From positions 76,818,001 through 76,882,000 of the forward strand of contig OZ024746.1 of NCBI GenBank assembly GCA_964016885.1: a stretch of DNA of 64,000 nucleotides. Direction: 5' to 3'. This DNA comes from Eledone cirrhosa (taxonomy: Eukaryota). Below, in pieces: positions 25,901 to 34,900 of the stretch. Position numbers and translations under genes: made by a program. Positions within the stretch are counted from its first letter, which is position 1; every line of letters begins with the position of its first letter. The notes under the pieces are model-generated. The model was not told where the DNA came from. It saw only the letters and a list, made by a program, of their open reading frames with translations, and searched no databases.

Positions 25901-28900
25901 AATATGAAGTAGTGCTCAAAAAACACAATATGCTGTTTGGTCATAAGTTCAACACTTCAACCAGTAGGCTATGCAGAAGAGATCCTTGTTAAACATTGAA
26001 AAAAAACCCAGATCTTTTTCTAATTCTTTATTTGTTTCCATCATTGGAGTGTGGCCATTCTGGAACACTGTTTTCAAAGGCGTCAATCTTAGAGGTTGAT
26101 ATAATTTCAGTCTAGTATTTATCAGTATCGAATGGCTGTTACCTTTCACATAAAGGGACTCAACTCGACAATGGTCTGTGCATGACTGTAGGACCACCAT
26201 TCGAATTCAGAGCACAGTAAGCTGGAATGACTATAGAGGCATTTAATACAATGCCTTAAAAACTCTGCCAATTCACCACATGTATATAAACAGTTCACTT
26301 TCCACTGGAAGATGAGCTATACCAACATTTATAAATTCTCAGGGAGATTCAGTGTGACAAGACTGGCTCTTTGTATTACAGGTACAACTAATCTTTTTTC
26401 AGCTGTGTAAACTGGAGCAACATAAAATAAAGTGTCTTGTTGACTGTGCTCTGAAAATTATTAGACGAACATAACCATTTTAAAATATATGGCTTCATAT
26501 CATAAAATCAGGGCTTGTCTCAGGTGGTTTTGTAGTAAAAGTGGTAATGTAGGTCTTAAATGCTATGAAAAGAAAGTCAGTAAATTTTTGACAAACAACT
26601 ACCTCTCCTTCACTGACCACCATCTCTAGAGCTCGCAGAATTACTTTATCAAACTCCATACGTTGATATTTTTCTGGAATAATTCCATTCATTAGTTGTG
26701 CTTCACTCTGAAATAAAAAATTAAAAAAAAATCATCATTATCATCATTTAATGTTTGTTTTCTTTGCTAAATCAGGTGGGGGTCAGATCTTACCTACATT
26801 TCTGCATTCTACATTTTATCATGGTACCAACACCAAGGAGGTTGTCATGTTTTGACACAACTGAAAAATTCTCTAAGCTCTTTGGTTGCCAAGTTTTCTA
26901 TGGCTGGATGCCCTTCCTATCACCAACCAGTTTATGGGATGTACTGAGTACATTTTATAGTGGCACTAGCACTAGAGAAGTTGTTGAGCCCATGACACAA
27001 CTGAAAACTCTTCTCGACTTTTTTTGGCATAGTTTCTGCAGCTAGATGCTATTCCTAAAACGAACCACTTTACAGTGTGTACTGGTGGTTTTATCATGGC
27101 ACCAGCACTAGAAAGATTGTCTTATAAGATATGAAGAGATAATATTGCAAATTTTCACAATCTGACCATTAGTAAAGATACTATAAACATTTAAATTACA
27201 AACTCGCTTTTATTTTCATTTAAGTTAACATCGATATGCTTTATTGTTATCTAAGCTTTTGCTTACACATTAATTACAATTGTAACAGCTAGTGTAGTTT
27301 TTAATGCACATGTTAAATAAGATTGTATATTATCGTTTCTCTCAAAAATTATGTGGTTATTTGGTACCCATATTTTTTTTTTAATCATCGTAAACGTATC
27401 TCTTAGAAAATCATAAATGACTGTGCTAGAAATAGCAGGCAAATCTATCCATGTAAACATAAATAAACGCGTGGTGATACGGAAATAAACGAAGGTTGAC
27501 GAATGACGTCAGATTGATGTCACCTTTTTCTACTTTCACTTCTGACAGCTAATAGCATGACAGTGCCATGTTTTTTACTAAAATCCCTACAGGATGTTAA
27601 GAGTTAAGACATCATATCCAAGGCTACAGTTTAAGATATCATATCTAAGGTTACAGTTTAAGACGTTGTGTCCTTACTTGCATTAACTTGAGCAAAGCGG
27701 TCATCTCTGTAATATAAAACTCCACTTCAATTTCCGCAGGATCTTCTTTGACTCCTTCTGTGGATGAGCCTGTACGACGATGACCTACACAAAACAAACA
27801 CTCATTTTAATTTCTACTTAAAATATTTTCAAAGTGAAAAATTTTTAAATGAAGTTTCGCTTTATCATTTTACAATCAATGAATTGCAGCAGATGGTATG
27901 TGCTGTAAAGAGAAATGAGATGAGATGAGATGGTTGGGTGATGCGTTAAGGAAGGATGACAGTGATTGGGTGAGAGTAGTGATAAGCAGATAGTGTCAGT
28001 GATGAATGTCGTGAAGAGTAATGGAATAAGATGGTTGGTCATGTGATAAGGAAGAATGAAAGTAACTGGATGAGAGGAACAGAACTAAAGATGAATATTG
28101 TGAAGAGAAAAGGAATGAGATGGTTGGGTTATGTTTTGAGGAAGGACGAAAATGATTAAGTAAGAGGAGTGCTAAAAATGAATGTGGAAGGAAATAGAAG
28201 AAGACCAAGAAAGACATGGCTAAAGATGATGGAAGAGAAAATGAAAGCCATGGTGTTGTTATGGGGATGTAGACGATGGGGGAAAATAGAGAAGCTTGTC
28301 ATGGGGCCAGCAAAGCTAACCCCAACTTTATCAGGGTAAATGACCGTTAAAATGTTTGTTGTGTTATTGTAAGGATAACACCTTTTATGAACATTGGATG
28401 TCTTTGAAGATCTTTATTTCATTCATAGATATAAAACGTATTTAGTGTTGAATGACAAGAACCTGACTTTTCAGACAAACATAAAATATCTATTTTTATT
28501 ATTATTAGCAAGTGATAACATTTTAAAGCAACCACCACCAGGGGCAGATAAAGCCCCTGGCTAAAATTTCATTGGGAGCTTGTGGTAGCCAAAAAATTAA
28601 TTTGGGGGGGATCCTGGTTGCAGCCCAATCATCCCATCCCCTTAATCTGTTACTTGTCACCATTCACATATTTCTGAAATATCTTTCTCCAGAAGTAGAA
28701 TCATATAAGAGGTCTGTTTTAGGTGAAGTAAAAGTCAACTGTGAAGGCACAGGGCTTAGTGGTTAGAGCATTGGGTTTACAATCAGGAAGTTGTGAGTTT
28801 GATTCTCAGTCTGGGTGATGTGTTTTGTCCTTGAGCAAAACACTTTATTTCACATTGCTCCAGTTTACTCAGTTGTAAAAATGAGTTGCAACATCACTGG

Positions 28901-31900
28901 TGCCAAACTGTGTCGGCTTTTGCTTCTCCCTTGGGCAACATCAAATTTGTGCCTGGGAGGGGAACCTTCTATGTACAAATCCCATGATCATTCATGACCA
29001 AAGGGGGTTTTTAAAAGTCAACTTACCAGATTCAAATGAGGATTTGATGAGAGATGTAGAGGCTTTCTTCAGATATCTAAATTAACAGAAAAGGATAATA
29101 TAAAACAACAAATATAAATAAATAAAAAAAATTATTATCATTTCTTTTGTGGTATAAAGCAAAATTACAAAGTAAGAATATAGTCAATAAAATCAATTCC
29201 AGTAGATTATTGGTAATTCTTTTAACTCTTTTAATATTAACCTAACCAAAACCAGTTCTGGTTCTCTGAATCAAAACCACTCATTTAAAAGGGTTCTTAT
29301 TTAAATTAAAATCTTTCAACATAATTTTATATACAAACTTTGTTAAATTATATTACAAATACGATCTTAATAAGGAAATAATTAATAAATTTAATAAATC
29401 CCTCAAATGTTTCATTAATCGATTCAAATACAATTACTCCAACACCTGTTAGCAGGGAGAACGGATGTTAAATGATAATGTATTTCATTAGATATGGTCA
29501 TGAAGACACTATTTTGTGGTCACCTAATAGCTTATAAGAGACATTTTGTTTGCAACAAAGAACCAAATAATATATAAAATTATCTAGAATTACCCAGGAA
29601 ACTTCAGTGCTTTCCAAGGTGTCATTTCTTTTGTGGGACGTATTTTTCCAGTCTAAAAGAGATATAAAGAGAAGTAAATACACTTCAAATGAAAGTCAAT
29701 ACTCACTTAAATTCAACTTAGACATATGCATGCATGCACGCACAAACATATACACACATATGCTTATATACAGTCAAGGAGTAAAACCTTCATATTTCAA
29801 TGTAAAAAATAGTATATTTGTTTTAGAGGGCTACAGCAATGTTAAAAATAACGATAAAGTTGTTGGAATTTTACATTGGAAGTGTTATTAGTTCTTAATG
29901 TTTGGGGATGAACTCCCTTTGTCAAAAGAAGAGTTGGGAAAACTAAGTCATAGCAGGACATTTTGTGTTGTTCTTTTGCTACCATCTTTTAATAAAAAAT
30001 GGCAGCAAAAGAACAACACAAGATATCATGCTCTGATTATATTTTCAATGATGTTTTAAGCAAACTAAAATACTCTTATCATATTTAAATATCTGAGGTA
30101 AGTTGTTAACTTTTACTGCTCTACACTGCATGAAACCACATTAGCAAGACATTCCTGAAAAGTACAAAACAGCACTATGACTACATCACATAAAAAATTG
30201 AAGTCTTTACTTTAGTTTATTGCAATATTTTCCAAGCCCAGCTGCCTACCATGCATTTCTAAATGCTTGGTAGGATTGTCTGACTCTGAATACAACCCAA
30301 ACTTCTCTCAAAAAGAGAAGAAGAGAACAGTAGAAACTTCAGAACAGCTTAATTTAACTAATATTTCAAGTTATGGAAACAGTTATGATAACAATTTCAA
30401 CTCTTTATACATATCCTAGTTTGAATGCCAAAGAAAATAAGAAGATTATGAAAACTTGATACCAGGGCTTACTCAATAAACAAGGAACAATTTAGTTTAT
30501 GTAATTTTAGTTACTTTGAATTCAACAGTGACAACATTAATCATTCTGTGTTTACTTACTAAAGCCGGGGAATGTTGCGTATATCCACAGTTGCTACTAC
30601 CACTAGCGGATTTCAAGTGCTCTTTCAGACTGAAAAAAATGTACAACAATAATGAGAGAAATGAAATGAGCATGTTCTGTATAATGTGTAATGTTAATAT
30701 ATATGAACAATGAAGCAGAGATGAGCTGGGAGAAAACTGGGTATAAGAGAAATCAGAAGCAGTGTGCAGGAGAGAAAACTGTGCTATTATGGACATATGC
30801 TACAATTGGATGATGTTTGTTGTGAAGAATTGCCAGGAGATGCTAGTGGAAGGAAGATGCAGTAGAGAAAAACTGAAGAAGACTTGGACAGAAGTGGTGA
30901 GAGATGATCTCAAAATGCTGAACCTCATAAAGGAGATGGCAAAGGAATGTAACAAGTGGAGGCAAGCTGTGCTGGAGAAAACTAATCTAAAACATATCAG
31001 TATGGAAAGCAGACATAAAAAGATGATGAAACTCACCCATGTAATGATCGCACAAGTATGTCAGATCTGGATGATGTGTAAACATTAAGGAAATTCGTCG
31101 TATTGCCATTGGTTACCAGCCATCTACTGATGTCGCCAAGTTCTTTTGCCACCTTTTCTGGTAGATGTTCAAGTATATCTGGTTCTCCATTGCCTGATTG
31201 AAGTTCTGGCAACAAAATACAGCAATAAAAGATCATGTGAAAATCATACCTACAAACATACACACACAAATATTTGATGGGACTCTTCACAGTTTCTGTC
31301 TACCAAATCTATTCAGAAGGATTAGGTTAGCCTGAAGCTGTAGTAGAACACTTGCTGAAGGTGCTATGCGGTGAGATTGAATATGGAAGTTTTCAAGCAT
31401 GCAGTGTCCTGACAGCTAACAACTGATGCAGATAGTTTGTTTCATGCTTCAGCAACTCTGAGCATGAAAAAATGCTTCTGAAAGTTATGGGAGCTGTACT
31501 GTTTTCTGATTTTGTAAGCATGTTCACAGGTGTTAGACACATAGAATTCAAAAAGGTGCTCAGGGTTGTTGTTAGAAAGATGGTTAATAATCTTATGGGT
31601 GTCTACCAAGTGAGCTGCCAGATAGAGCTTTAACCCTTTAGCATTTAAACTGGCCATATTCAGCCAGAATTCTCTCACTTCTTTCTGTCAAACTGGCTGT
31701 AACTGGCCACTCATACTGATGTAAAGGTATTGTTCTCAAAATAAATAACATCAAAATGTCATAGATTCTATATTATGTGAGATAATTATGTAAGATAAAG
31801 CCTTTACCACAAAAATACAATATTATATATAGAGTAATGTGGCAGTACCGGTAGAGGGTCGGACGCCATGCTTTCCAGCATAGTTACGTCCCTTTACGAT

Positions 31901-34900
31901 CTGAGTTCAAATCCCGCCGAGGTTGACTTTGCCTTTCATCCTTACGGGGTCGATAAAATAAAGTACCAGTAATGCTCTGGATAATTGCTGGCCTTGTGCC
32001 TAAAGTAGAAACAATTATATATAGAGTAATGTAAATGCTTAAAGATTAATGCTTCCATGCCCAGGGAGGCAAGGCGTTCAGAGTACAGCAGATGCCTGAT
32101 GGAGGGTATTCGCTTGGTTGCATGTCTCTGAACAGTTTCCAGGAAATCAATATTCTGAGCAAGATAGGGGTTCCAGAATAATCTAGTATAAAGTTTATTT
32201 TAAGATTAGAATGAACTTTTTTAAAGATAAATATTTATGCTGTTTACATACCTTCGTCAGTTCCCAACATATCCAGAATGAGAATAGGGGGAACAGGTTT
32301 ACCATATCTGGATAATTGAGACTCAAATTCTTTACCAAGCACTTCTTTACCATCCTCAAATAACTGAACCTACAAAGAAGTACAAATCATCCAGCAAAAA
32401 TATAATTGTTAATGATTGAAGCACAGATACGATTGTCGTTGATGTATTTCATCCTTCCTTTGAAAAAGTGAAGCATCCATGAACTCTTGACTTCATTTCT
32501 AATGGCTACTTTACTGCAATGAGTTGGCACTTCTATTGCAGGGTGTTACTATCTGCCGGTAGCAATTCCAGACAAAAAGAGGCTGAATTTGAGCTCAGAA
32601 TGTACAGAGATGGATCAGATGCTACAAAGCATCTCATTTGACTTTTTTTTAATATTTCTGCCAATCCACTGCTCATGGACTAGTACTTCAAAAGGATGAT
32701 AGGTGAAGTTCATCTTGGTAGGATTTGAACTCAGAGCACCAAATATCTAGGCATTTAATCCTAATGCTGGGCCTTTATTTTACCTCTCATTCTGGGAGAG
32801 GGGAGCAGTGCCCATGCCCCTGTATTTTTTCAGGCTTCCAAGACTTCTGAGAGGAACAGATTACATTATTTTCAGCACTTCTACTTTACTGAGTATACTG
32901 GGTGCATTTTATCAAGAGTTCAATACTACCACTTTACAGAGTGTATTGGGTGCATTTTATTATGGCACCAATATTACCCCTTTACAGGGTGTGCTAGTTG
33001 TATTTATCATTACATCAGCATTACCACTTTAGCTAAAAAGACTCATGATGTAAAACCATATATTTCATAAGAGTAATAAATTTAGATAATTACTTACTAC
33101 TTCTGTTAGTTCCAAGTTCCCTGGATTATGATCTTTAAAATAGCGAACAGCTTTCAGAACACTTTCCATATGTTCCAGGTATTTCTCCAGTCCACTGGCA
33201 ATTGGTCTAGAGAAGATTGGAAAAAATATTTATAACAATGTGAGAGATGAGAGGAGAGATACAGATTTAGTGGGGAAAGGGATAACATAGCAAAGAAGTT
33301 GCAGATATGTGGGTTGCGCCATCATCGCTATACCCTCTTCATCATTTTTACATCCTTTTTTTCCAGCATTTCTCTACTTGTCTCATAAGTCATCTCCTTT
33401 GTGAGGCTCAGTTTTTTTTTTAGCTTAGATTTTACCTCTTCTGCACACGTTTTTCTCTCTGTATCACTGCCATGCGACATTAAGTTTCTCATGCAGGCAT
33501 CATACATGGAGAGAGAACCCATGTAAGAAAGAAAAAAAGTGGGAGAAAAAGGCAGAGAGATACATATTCAATAACCTTTACATGGGCTGAATTCAAATCC
33601 AGTTATCGCTGGTTTCAGTCACTATAATATGGACTGGCTAGGGTATCACCTTAAAGAGATTTAGTAGACTATATCGACAACAGTACTTATTTAATCAATC
33701 TCTTTTTGTTGAACTGCTAAGTTATGGAACATTGACACAAACACAAATATATATACAGACATGGACACACACACAGAATCTAAATAACAATTATGAAAAT
33801 ATGCTTTAATTAAGGAATATATTATGGTCAGATAGATGACCACTGAACAGATATCAGACCAAATGGACAATTAGCAGAAGGGACATGCATAATTATAAGT
33901 AGAGTAATATAGAAACTATGCAATGTGATGGCTGCAGCCTGATGATGTCCATCATCCCCTACCAATAACTGGAACAAGTTGGTTGTCATTTTACTGGGAG
34001 GGCTAGGGCTTTGTTTTGCAGAACATGTTCGAATTTAGTTTATGATGTGTGGTATGTGTATAGTGGGCAGGGTTGACTGTAGCGTTATGATTTGCATTTG
34101 CTTGAGTTTATGGATAACATTGGTTTGGTATAGATTTGTTTACATTTTAGTTAAGGCAAATATTGGTGTCTCAATAAAATACATTCAGTCAACCCTATAA
34201 AGTGGTAGTGTTGGTAACATGATAAATGCACCCAGTCTACTCTGTTAAGTAGTAGTGCTGGTGCCATGAAAAAATCCACTCAGTACACCTTGTAAGGTGG
34301 TTGGTGTTAGGAGGGTCAACTAGCCATAGAAACCATACCAAATATGGAACGTATGAGAATGATCTGGTCACCGGACAAGTCTCAGAATGTGACAACCGGT
34401 TCAACCCATATTAGCATGGAAAGTGGATGATAATATAAGAGCTTAACAAGAGAGTTGTATGAAAAAACAGTAACTCACCCTTCCTTGATGGCAAACTCTA
34501 GATCTTTAGCTATATGGTAATATCCAAGTACATTGTCAAGGGTAGACATTGTTTTATCAATGTCTGGTTATATTAAGGAATTTAACTAAACTCAAATAGA
34601 CTAAAGACAGACTAAGCAACCTATAGTAATGAGGTAGTCCTGGGACCATGATAAAAATCTCCTAGTCCACACTATATGGCAGTAGTGCTGATGCCACAAC
34701 AAAACACACCCAGTCCAAAATTGTTGGCCTTGTGCCTAAATCAGAAACCATTATTATATAGTAATAATTGTTTCTACTTTAGGCACAAGGCCAGCAATTA
34801 AATCAGTGTATTACTGGTACTTTATTTTATCGACCCCGTAAGGATGAAAGGCAAAGTTAACCTTGGCGGGTAATGTTGCATATACAACAACAACCACAAA

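Larger units (their letters stand above)
31398..32177 (-). mobile_element. Degraded CR1/L2-like LINE fragment (same family as 3853-4962), interrupted by a MITE
   Basis: 31398-31630 and 32050-32177 align colinearly with 4015-4385. Confidence 0.85.

Noticed and set aside
30105-30200. Possible additional EXOC7 exon (good minus-strand acceptor)
   Set aside because: The sequence matches the interior of MITE family C (compare 44340-44410) and is not needed for frame continuity.
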